A program made the translations under genes and the position numbers. Shown piece by piece: positions 1-9,216 of a DNA stretch of 64,000 bases. The DNA comes from an uncultured delta proteobacterium (lineage in GTDB: Bacteria; Desulfobacterota; Syntrophorhabdia; Syntrophorhabdales; WCHB1-27), in assembly GCA_963810935.1 (NCBI GenBank), contig CAWEPK010000009.1:288001-352000 (forward strand). Direction: 5' to 3'. The notes under the pieces were generated by a model. The model searched no databases. It saw only the letters and a list, made by a program, of their open reading frames with translations, and had not been told where the DNA came from. The number at the start of each line of letters is the position of its first letter. The stretch's first letter is position 1.

Positions 1-324
1 CAAGATGAGGTCGGCAGGGCAGTCGAGGCGATGAACATCGCAACGACAAAGGTCGGCCAGGGAGTCAAGTACTCGGAGGAGGCAGGCAATTCGCTGGGCG
101 TTATTGTTAAGGGCGTTGATGACCTACAGCTCATGGTCCAAGAGATAGCATCGGCCACGGAAGAAATGAGCGCTACCTCCGATGAGATCAGCAAGGACGT
201 GGAAGAGATAGCTTCCATCTCCCGGGAAACGTCAACCAGTTCGGAGCAGACCGCAACGGCATCGGGCGAGTTGGCCAAATTGGCAGTTGCCCTACAGAAT
301 ATTGTCGGGGGATTCAGGATGTAA
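1..324 (+). CDS. Methyl-accepting chemotaxis protein, C-terminal part (5' end outside window)
   Basis: MCP methylation-helix pattern (IASATEEMSATSDEI...SEQTATASGELAKLA); frame open from window start. Confidence 0.9.
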   Translation, partial: QDEVGRAVEAMNIATTKVGQGVKYSEEAGNSLGVIVKGVDDLQLMVQEIASATEEMSATSDEISKDVEEIASISRETSTSSEQTATASGELAKLAVALQNIVGGFRM

Positions 325-350
325 TTGCCTGCCCGGACTCGTGTTGTTGC

Positions 351-394
351 GTAGGCAGGGCACGCTTCAGGGGCCTGCGGTTCGTCCATACGCA
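351..394 (+). repeat. 44-bp direct repeat of hflX internal segment 2087-2130
   Basis: 41/44 identical by manual alignment. Confidence 0.9.
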
Positions 395-403
395 AACGGA
401 GTC

Positions 404-1594
404 TCATGACAAATAGAGGTGCTCTCTGGTCAGGGGGAGCGTATTGTTGATGCCGTTGGTAAAGAGTATCTGGTAGAGCCTGGTGTCGCCCCATCGGAAA
501 GCCGCCGCGCTGCCCTTCAGGTACATCCTCCACATGCGCACGACTCCTGAGTCGAACATCTTTTCGATCGTCGCGGCGCGAGCCTCAAGCCGTCTCCCCC
601 ATTCATCGAGGGTGGCCGCATAATGAAGGCGAAGGTTCTCGATGTCGAGAGGGACGAGCCTTCTTTGCCCCATCTCGCGTATCACGTAGTCAAGAGCAGG
701 GATATGGGCGCCGGGGAAAATATACTTCATTGTCCATGGGTCATCAGCCGTATGGCGTTCCTTTCCGACGGTATGGAGGAGGCCGATGCCGCCTTGCCGC
801 AAGAGGTTTCCCGTTTTTTCCATGAACGCGGGAATAAAGCTTTTTCCTACATGCTCGAACATGCCGATGGAAACGAATTTGTCGAATTGACCCGTGAGGT
901 TTCGATAATCTTCACGGAGAATCGTGATGCTCTTTGTCAGTCCTTCCCGTGCTATCCTTTCTTCCGCATAGCGGGCCTGGCGTTCGGATAAGGTGCATCC
1001 GACACCGCTTACCCCGTAATGATGGGCGGCATAGAGGAGCATTCCACCCCATCCGCAACCGATATCCACCAGTGTCTCGCCTGCCTTCAGGCAGAGTTTT
1101 TTGCAGATGTGTTCGTACTTCTGCTGCTGGGCCTCTTCGAGGGTGTCCTTCTCGTTTTTGAAATACGCGCACGAATAAGTCATGCTCTCGTCCAGGTATT
1201 GCTCGAAGAAATCGTCCCCTAGGTCGTAGTGGTGCGAAATGTTTGCGGGCGACTTTTTCTTCGTGTTGAGGCATCGCAGGTATTGAAGCAGAACGGCTGC
1301 CTTTGTCTTGAGCGGCAGTTTCATATCCTGGACGTGCGGGTCCATGCCTATACGGAGAAGCTGGTCAAGGTCGCCCTCCACGTCTATATTTCCCGCAACA
1401 TATCCTTCCCTGAACCCCGTTGCCCCTCTCTTGAAAATGGCCTTTGCCCCGTCTTCCGTCGTGAAGGAGATAATAAAGGCGGGCAGGCCATGCCCGAACG
1501 CTTCTGCGTCACCATCCCAAAAACGAACTGCGAAGGGAATTTCGGGGAGATTACGGCTTAATGTTCGAAGCAACTCCTGAAGGGTTTTCTTCAT
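404..1594 (-). CDS. cfa: Cyclopropane-fatty-acyl-phospholipid synthase family SAM methyltransferase
   Basis: NISHHYDLG, MTYSCAYF, VDIGCGWGG, FVSIGMFEHVG, KYIFPG motifs. Confidence 0.9.
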   Translation of the reverse strand: MKKTLQELLRTLSRNLPEIPFAVRFWDGDAEAFGHGLPAFIISFTTEDGAKAIFKRGATGFREGYVAGNIDVEGDLDQLLRIGMDPHVQDMKLPLKTKAAVLLQYLRCLNTKKKSPANISHHYDLGDDFFEQYLDESMTYSCAYFKNEKDTLEEAQQQKYEHICKKLCLKAGETLVDIGCGWGGMLLYAAHHYGVSGVGCTLSERQARYAEERIAREGLTKSITILREDYRNLTGQFDKFVSIGMFEHVGKSFIPAFMEKTGNLLRQGGIGLLHTVGKERHTADDPWTMKYIFPGAHIPALDYVIREMGQRRLVPLDIENLRLHYAATLDEWGRRLEARAATIEKMFDSGVVRMWRMYLKGSAAAFRWGDTRLYQILFTNGINNTLPLTREHLYLS

Positions 1595-1843
1595 AACCTT
1601 ACTATGGTTTTCTTAGAATCTAACTCTCTTCAAGATACGGTATGGAGCTACCAGAATCATGATATGAGGTTCCGTCATATTTGTCAACCAAACACGCATG
1701 ATTTGTATGCAGACCGGCCCCTCCCCCGCCCATCCACCCGGCTTTGTTAGAGGAGAACCGCAGTCCATGTGATGAGTTCGGCGGCTACCTGTATTATAAT
1801 AGTCTCGGCCGTACCTTTGCGCGGTACGCGCCACGGAGGTCAT

Positions 1844-3505
1844 ATCGAAATATACGGGAACGTACAGGGCCTTAACCGCCTGCAAAAACGCAGACTCCTT
1901 AACCTCGCCGGCAAGAAGATAGAGGCAGGCGCAGTCATCACCTTCGACAGGGCAAGGAACATGATGGAGATCTCCAGGGAGATCGCCAGGCAGGTGGGCC
2001 TTGTCGTCAACCGGAGGGGCGTCGTGGAGCACGTCGTCGTCGGGACGCGGGAGCGGATCGGCCTGCCGGAGCTTTCATCCGAGAGGGTGGGCAGGGCGCG
2101 CTTCAGGGGGCTGCGGTTCGTCCATACGCACCTCGCCGGAGAATTGCTCTCTAAGGAAGACCTCACGGACCTCGCCCTGCTCCAGCTCGACCTGATTGCC
2201 TGCGTCCTTGAACGAAAAGGAGAGCCGGGAGAGCTGATACAGATCGGCCACCTGATGCCCGGCGGCGGCAAGGGGCAGGCGTGGGATTTCATAGGTCCCG
2301 TGCCTGTAGCCGAACTGGACCTCGACTTTACCGAATTCATCAACACCCTGGAGGCGGAATTCGTCAAGGAAAGGGGCACCCATTACGTTACCGGCGCGGG
2401 CGTCCGGGAGGCGTGCGTGCTCGTCGTAGTTACCCTGCCCCGGAAACCGAAGAACGTGGAGGAGAGGGTCGCCGAGCTGAAGGACCTCTCCTATTCCGCG
2501 GGCCTCTCGGTGCTCGACGTTGTGTTGCAGCGCCCCAAGGAGCTGCACCCCAAGTTCCTCGTGGGCAAGGGCAAGATCGAGGAGATCGCGGTGAACTGCG
2601 CGCAGGCAGGGGCGGACATGCTCGTCTTCGATGAGGAGCTGACGCCGAGCCAGCTCAACAGCATCTCGTCCCTCACCGGACTGAAAGTGATCGACCGCAA
2701 CCAGCTCATCCTCGACATTTTTGCAGCAAGGGCAAACACGAGCGAGGCCAAGATTCAGGTCGAGCTTGCGCAGCTACGTTATATCCTGCCCCGGCTTTCC
2801 GAGAAAGAGGCGGCCCTTTCGAGGCTCACGGGGGGCATCGGCGGCAGGGGGCCCGGAGAGACGAAGCTCGAAGTGAACAGGGCGAGGATAAGAGAGAGGA
2901 TCGCCTTCCTGGAAAAGAAGCTCAAAGAGGTGGGAAAGGCCAGGGAGAGGAAGAGGGAGAAGAGGCGGCGGATGCGCATCCCCGTCGTCTCTATCGTAGG
3001 CTACACGAACTCAGGTAAATCGACGCTGCTCAATCTCCTTACGAAGAGCGCCGTGGAGGTGCAGGAGCGCTTCTTCAGCACACTGACGCCTACGACGAGG
3101 CTCATCAAATACCCCGCCCGGAAGGGGATCGTCATGACCGATACGGTCGGCTTTATCGAGCACCTGCCCGAAGTGCTCCTGCGCGCCTTCGCCGCGACCC
3201 TCGAAGAGCTGGAAGACGCGACCCTTCTCCTCCACCTCGTCGATATCAGCTCCCCCGATTTCGAGGATAGGATAGAGTCGGTCAACCGCATGATAGGGAA
3301 GCTGGGCCTCTCCGAGAAGCCGAACCTGTTCGTCTTCAATAAGATCGACCGGGTGGACAGGGGCTTTGTCAGGCTGACCGAGGCGCGCTACGGGGCATGC
3401 TCGATCTCGTGCGTAACTGAAGAAGGCATAGAAGGCCTCGTCCATACAATAGAGGCGGCGGTAGAGGCGGTGGAGGGCCTGGGCTATATGGAGACGCGCG
3501 GATAA
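1844..3505 (+). CDS. hflX: GTPase HflX, long form; start uncertain (likely non-AUG near 1844-1850)
   Basis: LILDIFA, GIGGRGPGETKLE, GYTNSGKST, DTVGFI, NKID motifs; GGAGG at 1835-1839. Confidence 0.93.
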   Translation: MEIYGNVQGLNRLQKRRLLNLAGKKIEAGAVITFDRARNMMEISREIARQVGLVVNRRGVVEHVVVGTRERIGLPELSSERVGRARFRGLRFVHTHLAGELLSKEDLTDLALLQLDLIACVLERKGEPGELIQIGHLMPGGGKGQAWDFIGPVPVAELDLDFTEFINTLEAEFVKERGTHYVTGAGVREACVLVVVTLPRKPKNVEERVAELKDLSYSAGLSVLDVVLQRPKELHPKFLVGKGKIEEIAVNCAQAGADMLVFDEELTPSQLNSISSLTGLKVIDRNQLILDIFAARANTSEAKIQVELAQLRYILPRLSEKEAALSRLTGGIGGRGPGETKLEVNRARIRERIAFLEKKLKEVGKARERKREKRRRMRIPVVSIVGYTNSGKSTLLNLLTKSAVEVQERFFSTLTPTTRLIKYPARKGIVMTDTVGFIEHLPEVLLRAFAATLEELEDATLLLHLVDISSPDFEDRIESVNRMIGKLGLSEKPNLFVFNKIDRVDRGFVRLTEARYGACSISCVTEEGIEGLVHTIEAAVEAVEGLGYMETRG

Positions 3506-3536
3506 TTTTGTTTAGGCCGCGTCCGCTTCCTTTGTG

Positions 3537-4022
3537 TTATCCGGCTGATGACATAAAGACATCCCTGATCTCCGGAGAGATGCCCGTAAAGTCGAAGTTT
3601 TCGAGCAGCCTGGCGCGGTCGAGGCCTTTGGCCTCCCTGAACAGGGCGGTCGCCTGGGCGCAACGCTCTTTCGCGTCATTTTCGATCCAGGATTCGGCCC
3701 AGATGTCCCTGCCGTCTATGCGTTGCAGCCTTGCCCCGGCATGGTAAGCCGAATCGCACGACACGGGCTTCAGGAAATCCATATCCAGCTTGCGGGTAAA
3801 ACCGATCTTGCCCGTCTGCACGAATATCGCGTACCACATCATGGCGTCGAGGATGCCGAAAAGCATCCCGCCGTGGACTACGCCCTCGTACCCTTCGAAC
3901 GCAGTGCTAAGGCTGAAGTCCGTCCGGACGAGCCCGTCCCGGTAATGGATGCGAAGCTGCATTCCGTCGCTTCGCCGCAAGCTGGTGAAAAAAGAGTCCC
4001 TGTAGACCGGCAACAAGCTCAT
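3537..4022 (-). CDS. PaaI-like hotdog-fold thioesterase
   Basis: GYEGVVHGGMLFGILD motif; ATG overlaps rlmN stop (ATGA). Confidence 0.8.
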   Translation of the reverse strand: MSLLPVYRDSFFTSLRRSDGMQLRIHYRDGLVRTDFSLSTAFEGYEGVVHGGMLFGILDAMMWYAIFVQTGKIGFTRKLDMDFLKPVSCDSAYHAGARLQRIDGRDIWAESWIENDAKERCAQATALFREAKGLDRARLLENFDFTGISPEIRDVFMSSAG

Positions 4023-5047
4023 CTTCCCTCCTCGAGATACCTCATGCCTAGCTGCCCGCACCCCCCGCCTACGTCGCCGGCGCGGGAGTCCCGCACGATG
4101 GCCGTAAAATGCCTGTTGATCAGGTACGACTGAAACTGTTTGACCGATTCCTGGTCGGGCGTCTCGAATTCCGTATAGGGGGACGCGTTGTGCGGTATGA
4201 GGTTGATCTTGCACCTCACTCCCTTGAGAAGCTCGGCAAGGCGCGCCGCGTCCTCCATCGAATCGTTTACTCCCCGCAGCATTACGTATTCGAAGGTCAC
4301 CCTCGTCCGGCCCATGTCTCCGAGGCCTTTTACGTAGTCGATGACGTCGGCCAGGTGATAGACCCTGTTGATCGGCATGAGCCGGGTCCTTAAAGCGTCC
4401 GTGGCCGCATTGAGCGAGATTGCGATCTGCACCTTGCGCGGGTCGAGGAGGCGGAGCCTGTCTACGAGGGCCACGGTCGAGACGGTGAGGCGCCTGTGCG
4501 AAACCTTGAGGCCGAAGGGCTCTTCCATTATCTCGACGGCCCTCAGCACGTTGTCGACGTTGTCGAGGGGCTCGCCCATGCCCATGAGGACTACGTTTGT
4601 TATTGCGCTGCCTTGCGCGTGAGGCCGCATCGCCATTAACTGGCCTACGATCTCCCCGGCAGTCAGGTTCCTCAAAAAGCCGATCCTGCCGGTTACGCAG
4701 AACGCGCAGGCCATCTTGCATCCCACCTGGGTGGAGAGGCAGACGGTGCTCTTGCCGCCCTCCGGCATAAGGACGCTCTCGATGACACGGCCGTCGTTGA
4801 GGGAAAATACGAACTTAATGGAGTCGTCGGCGGAAACGCTCATCTCCTCGGCCTTAGGGCTGTTGAAATCGAACATGTTACGGAGGGTCACGCGGAAGCC
4901 TTTCGGAAGGTTGGTCATGAGGTCGAAATCGCACGTGTCGGCCTGGTAGACCCATTTGTAAATCTGGCGCGCCCGGTAAGGCTTTATGCCGAGGCTCTCG
5001 ACTATGTCCTCAAGCTCCCGTAGGGAGAGGTCAAAAAAATTGGTCAC
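4019..5047 (-). CDS. rlmN: 23S rRNA/tRNA m2A methyltransferase RlmN (radical SAM)
   Basis: STQVGCKMACAFC, MGMGEPL, INLIP, GCGQL motifs. Confidence 0.95.
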   Translation of the reverse strand: MTNFFDLSLRELEDIVESLGIKPYRARQIYKWVYQADTCDFDLMTNLPKGFRVTLRNMFDFNSPKAEEMSVSADDSIKFVFSLNDGRVIESVLMPEGGKSTVCLSTQVGCKMACAFCVTGRIGFLRNLTAGEIVGQLMAMRPHAQGSAITNVVLMGMGEPLDNVDNVLRAVEIMEEPFGLKVSHRRLTVSTVALVDRLRLLDPRKVQIAISLNAATDALRTRLMPINRVYHLADVIDYVKGLGDMGRTRVTFEYVMLRGVNDSMEDAARLAELLKGVRCKINLIPHNASPYTEFETPDQESVKQFQSYLINRHFTAIVRDSRAGDVGGGCGQLGMRYLEEGR

Positions 5048-5126
5048 CTAATTAAATAACCAGAAATGACAGGACTTTTCAAGAGAATGAGGGCGGCTCG
5101 CCTCCCCCGACTGCCCACCTTTCAAG

Positions 5127-5156
5127 AAATACCCTGCTGCAAGCAGCAGGGTATTT
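5127..5156. terminator. Perfect 14-bp inverted repeat; terminator or REP-like hairpin
   Basis: AAATACCCTGCTGC-AA-GCAGCAGGGTATTT, downstream of the 5191-5753 gene. Confidence 0.6.
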
Positions 5157-5190
5157 AAAGCAAGTGAATGCGCAGCGCCAATGGTTGTCT

Positions 5191-5753
5191 TTACCCGGTC
5201 GCCTTTTCCAATGAAACCGCCATTGCCTGCGTATAGGTGATGTTTAGTTCGTCGCCCACCTTCAGTTTCGTGATCGTGTTGGGGTTCCTGGCCTTTTGAC
5301 GGTGACCATATTCCCCTGCGGTCCCTTCAACGTTACCATGGAGTTCGGCTTATCGATCGACTCGACCGTGGCCGTAGTCGTCACCCGCTCCATCGTAGTC
5401 GCGGGCTGGCCGGGCACCGCCGTTCTTTCCATTTCCCTCGAAGACATCATCGGCTGCTCTCCGGGCTTGGCCATCTGCACGGCCACTGACTGGTAGTATC
5501 TCGCCATGATCTGGTCGCCCGGCTTCAGGTCCGACAGGTTGGCTACGTCAGGGCCGGCCTTGATGGTGAAGAGGTTGCCCCTCGGGCCCCGCAAGGTAAC
5601 CATCCGGTTCTGGAGATCGACCGATTCGATCGTCGCTTTCATAGTGATAAGCTCGGACCTCTGGGCGGTCGGCATGTTTTCCGCAGCCGGCGCAATCGCC
5701 GCAAATGCCGCCACCATAACTATGGCCAGAAATAATGCACATACCTGTCTCAT
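5191..5753 (-). CDS. Exported protein with two repeated beta-barrel (OB-like) units; frameshift at ~5295
   Basis: Signal peptide; repeats ATIESVDLQNRMVTLRGPRGN / ATVESIDKPNSMVTLKGPQGN; second repeat continues in another frame (ARNPNTITKLKVGDELNITYTQAMAVSLEKATG*). Confidence 0.75.
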
Positions 5754-5927
5754 ACGTTCCTCCTTGCTGTTTTATGGCCCGCAAGGGGCCTGGTACGCTT
5801 TTGGCGGGCTAACCGCCCGACTTGGATTGCCGTATCGCCGAGGATCGTCTACGGGGTCGTCCCGGAAATTACTTTCGGAGGAGGGAGAAGCGGAAACGGC
5901 AACCCTTTCAAGTACATCCTTGCGGCA

Positions 5928-5943
5928 TGCAAAACCTTTGCCT
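5928..5943 (-). promoter_or_regulatory. Putative sigma-54 promoter
   Basis: Minus-strand AGGCAAAGGTTTTGCA fits GG-N10-GC spacing. Confidence 0.45.
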
Positions 5944-6040
5944 AGGAAACATGCTCACCCGGGCTGAATTTGTCAATGTGGGGGCCGGGCGTCCCCGCGC
6001 CGTCTTGATTACGAGAGTTCAAATTGTTAGAATGAGGAAA

Positions 6041-6598
6041 ATGATTTCGCTGATAAAAGAGAGGCTTGCCGCGTACAAGCCGTCCTCGATCCGGGCAGGA
6101 TCGAACACCAGGGCGTCCGTGCTCATCCCGATTCTGGGAGAGGACGGCGAAGCCCGCATCCTGCTTACGAAAAGGTCCACGAACGTCACGTACCATAAGG
6201 GGGAGATCTCCTTCCCCGGCGGCATGTACGAGGACGCAGACGGAGACACGGTCCGGACTGCGATACGCGAATGCGGGGAAGAGATAGGTGTAGGGCCGAA
6301 CGATATCGAGATAGTGGGCCGCTTAAGCGACATGGAGACAATGACCGGCTTCGTAATCACCCCGTACGTGGGCCTCATTCCTTGTCCTTACGACTTCAAG
6401 CTCAACCCCGACGAGGTACGCTACCTCATCTATCTGCCCTTTACCTTCCTGATGTCCAGCCGGCCGCAAGCGACTACGGCGGAGCACAAGGGCAGGACAA
6501 TGGAAGTCTTCGAGATCCGGTATGACGGCGAGAGGATATGGGGGGCCACATGCAGGCTGCTCCTCGAGCTCCGGCAGATACTGGATGAGAAAGTTTAA
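6041..6598 (+). CDS. Nudix hydrolase, CoA pyrophosphatase type
   Basis: ILLTKRS...HKGEISFPGG motif plus Nudix box AIRECGEEIG; IWGAT. Confidence 0.88.
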   Translation: MISLIKERLAAYKPSSIRAGSNTRASVLIPILGEDGEARILLTKRSTNVTYHKGEISFPGGMYEDADGDTVRTAIRECGEEIGVGPNDIEIVGRLSDMETMTGFVITPYVGLIPCPYDFKLNPDEVRYLIYLPFTFLMSSRPQATTAEHKGRTMEVFEIRYDGERIWGATCRLLLELRQILDEKV

Positions 6599-7763
6599 CT
6601 TCAGGGTCCTGCTCCTCCTCTCGTCGGGGCACATGGTCTGCGATATTTACCAGGGCGCGCTCCCGGCGATCCTTCCGTTCCTGAAACAGCACCTCGGCCT
6701 TACCTATGCGATGACGGGCTTCATCCTGATCGTTGCGAGTTTTGCCTCTTCGATACTCCAGCCCGTCTTCGGCCTGCTTTCGGACAAAAAGGAAAAGGGC
6801 TTTCTCCTGCCTGCGGGGGTACTCGCCGCGGGGGTCGGCTATTCGCTGCTTTCCCTGCCCTCCGGGTTCTTGCCGATACTTGCACTCGTTACCTTAAGCG
6901 GCCTCGGCATTTCGTCGTTCCACCCCGAGGGCTATAAGATTGCGGGTTTTTTTACGGGAGACAAGCCGGTCACCGGGATGTCCATCTTTTCCGTGGGCGG
7001 GAACCTGGGCCTCGCGCTCGGCCCGGTCATTGCCATATGGACCATCTCCCGGTTCGGCTTCCGCTCGCTGCCGCTCGTGGTAGTGCCCTCGCTCGTCTTC
7101 ACCGCCGCGATCATCGCCCTCAAAAAGACGGTGACGCCTCCCGCGCCTGCCCGGACGGCCGTTCCCGCGGCAAGGCTAAAGGCAGTTAAAGGCGCGTACA
7201 CCTCCCTCGTTCTCACCGTCTGCGTCGTGATCATGCGGTCATGGATTCAGGTCGGGATCATGGCTTACATACCGTTTTATATCATCGACGTCGTAAAGGG
7301 CGACCCCATATACGCGGCGAAGCTCGTGACCGTGTTCCTCTTCGGCGGCGCAGTCGGCACGCTTGCCGGGGCGCCGATCGCGGACAAATGGGGCCACCGG
7401 TTCCTGCTGCGCGCCAGCATGTTTTTGAACACGCTTCTTTTTCCGCTCATATTCTTTTTTGAAGGCACCCTGCTCATGGTGCTGCTCTTTGCGATGGGCG
7501 CCATACTCGTGGCCTCCTTCTCCGTGACTGTAGTCATGGCCCAGAAACTCCTTCCTAACAGCATGGGCGTAGCCTCAGGCATCATGACGGGCTTCGCCAT
7601 AGGGGTCGGGGGCATCGGGGTAACGCTCCTCGGGGTGGTGGCCGACCACTTCGGCGTCACCGTCGCGCTGAAGTCGATAGCCATACTTCCGGTAACCGGC
7701 CTCTTGTTCAGTCTGTTTTTGAGGTACCCACCTAAGGGGGATGCGAGCGTATGCGACCGATAG
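6585..7763 (+). CDS. MFS transporter, fosmidomycin-resistance (Fsr)-like
   Basis: ~12 TM segments; QPVFGLLSD, FHPEG, GGNLG motifs. Confidence 0.85.
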   Translation: MRKFNFRVLLLLSSGHMVCDIYQGALPAILPFLKQHLGLTYAMTGFILIVASFASSILQPVFGLLSDKKEKGFLLPAGVLAAGVGYSLLSLPSGFLPILALVTLSGLGISSFHPEGYKIAGFFTGDKPVTGMSIFSVGGNLGLALGPVIAIWTISRFGFRSLPLVVVPSLVFTAAIIALKKTVTPPAPARTAVPAARLKAVKGAYTSLVLTVCVVIMRSWIQVGIMAYIPFYIIDVVKGDPIYAAKLVTVFLFGGAVGTLAGAPIADKWGHRFLLRASMFLNTLLFPLIFFFEGTLLMVLLFAMGAILVASFSVTVVMAQKLLPNSMGVASGIMTGFAIGVGGIGVTLLGVVADHFGVTVALKSIAILPVTGLLFSLFLRYPPKGDASVCDR

Positions 7764-9055
7764 TCGGCATTATAGGAAGGCCCAACGTAGGCAAATCGAC
7801 GCTCTTCAACCGCCTGATCGGGCACAGGAAGGCGATCACCGAAGACTCGCCCGGCGTAACCAGGGACAGGAACTACGGCGAGTTCGACCACGGGAGAAAA
7901 TCGTTCATCCTGGTCGATACGGGCGGTTTTGAGCCGGGGGGGACCGGGGAGATCACGTCGCTCGTCAAGCGGCACATCATGGAGGCGGTCGAGGAATCGT
8001 CGATGATAATCTTCCTCATGGACGCAAAAGACGGACTCACGCCTGACGACAGGGAGATAGCGTCAATCGTACGCAAATATGATAAGCCGGTCTTCTACGT
8101 AGTCAACAAGGTCGATTCCCAGAAACGGGGGGCGGAAACGGCCGATTTTTACGCGCTTGGCTGCGACACGGTCTACCCGATCAGCGCGTCCCACGGTCTC
8201 GGCATCGTGGAGCTACTGGATGACATGGCCCTCATCGTCGAGCCGGAAAGCCCGCAAGAGGAAGCGCAGGGCTTGAAGATCGCCGTTGTCGGGCGGCCCA
8301 ATACGGGCAAGTCGTCCATCGTCAACAGCCTTCTCGGCTCCGAGCGCATGATAGTGAGCGACATCCCGGGGACCACGCGGGACGCCATAGACTCCATCGT
8401 TCGCTATAGAGAGAAGACCTATACGGTGATCGATACCGCGGGCCTGAGGAAGAAGGCCAGGATATCGGCCAGGGTAGAGGAATTTTCGGTAATGAGCGCG
8501 GTTCGGAGCATCGAGCGGGCGGACGTTGTGAACCTGGTGATCGACGGGGCGGAAGGCGTCGGCCGCCAGGACGCGACCATCGCCCACCTCGTCGTCTCCG
8601 AGGGCAAGGGCATAGGCATCGTCGTGAACAAGAAAGACCTGATGGACCGCAGCATCAATGAAGACCGGTACCGCAAAGTGATCATGGAGACCCTTCCCCA
8701 TGCCGATTTTGCCCCGGTCGTCTTCACATCTGCCCTTACCGGCGAAAACATCGAGGAAATACTCGACATCGATACGGCTATCCACAAGCAGTTGACACGA
8801 CAGATACCCACGCCCAAGCTGAACAGGGCTTTCGAGGAATTCTTCCAAAGGCTGAGCCCGCCGGTTGTCGAAGGCAGGCAGCTCAAGATATTTTACGTGA
8901 GCCAGCTAAAAGTGACACCCCCGACGTTCCTGCTTTTTTCGAATTACCCCGACCGGATCCCCGAGCATTATAAAAGATTTTTGGAGAACTGCCTGCGGGA
9001 GAAGTACGAGTTCAAAGGGGCGCCGATCAGGTTGTTCTTCCGAAAGCGGTCATAA
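7751..9055 (+). CDS. der: Ribosome biogenesis GTPase Der (EngA)
   Basis: Two GTPase domains (GRPNVGKS, GRPNTGKS), PGVTRD/PGTTRD, C-terminal KH-like domain. Confidence 0.96.
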   Translation: MRPIVGIIGRPNVGKSTLFNRLIGHRKAITEDSPGVTRDRNYGEFDHGRKSFILVDTGGFEPGGTGEITSLVKRHIMEAVEESSMIIFLMDAKDGLTPDDREIASIVRKYDKPVFYVVNKVDSQKRGAETADFYALGCDTVYPISASHGLGIVELLDDMALIVEPESPQEEAQGLKIAVVGRPNTGKSSIVNSLLGSERMIVSDIPGTTRDAIDSIVRYREKTYTVIDTAGLRKKARISARVEEFSVMSAVRSIERADVVNLVIDGAEGVGRQDATIAHLVVSEGKGIGIVVNKKDLMDRSINEDRYRKVIMETLPHADFAPVVFTSALTGENIEEILDIDTAIHKQLTRQIPTPKLNRAFEEFFQRLSPPVVEGRQLKIFYVSQLKVTPPTFLLFSNYPDRIPEHYKRFLENCLREKYEFKGAPIRLFFRKRS

Positions 9056-9063
9056 CTCTTTTA

Positions 9064-9190
9064 GCAGCCAGGTCATTTCCGCGCCTTTCGCGTCGTTTTC
9101 TCGGCGCGGCGTGCTCACGTACCTAACTACGTACGCTGCCGCGCGCCTTCGAAAAGCAACGCGAAATGCATCGAAAATCTCTCCGGCCGC
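9064..9190 (-). repeat. ~127-bp palindromic dispersed repeat, copy A
   Basis: Long imperfect hairpin; shares a 22-nt block with 10424 and 17- and 18-nt blocks with 61416. Confidence 0.9.
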
Positions 9191-9216
9191 AAAAAAGAGC
9201 ACCATGGGCCTTACAA

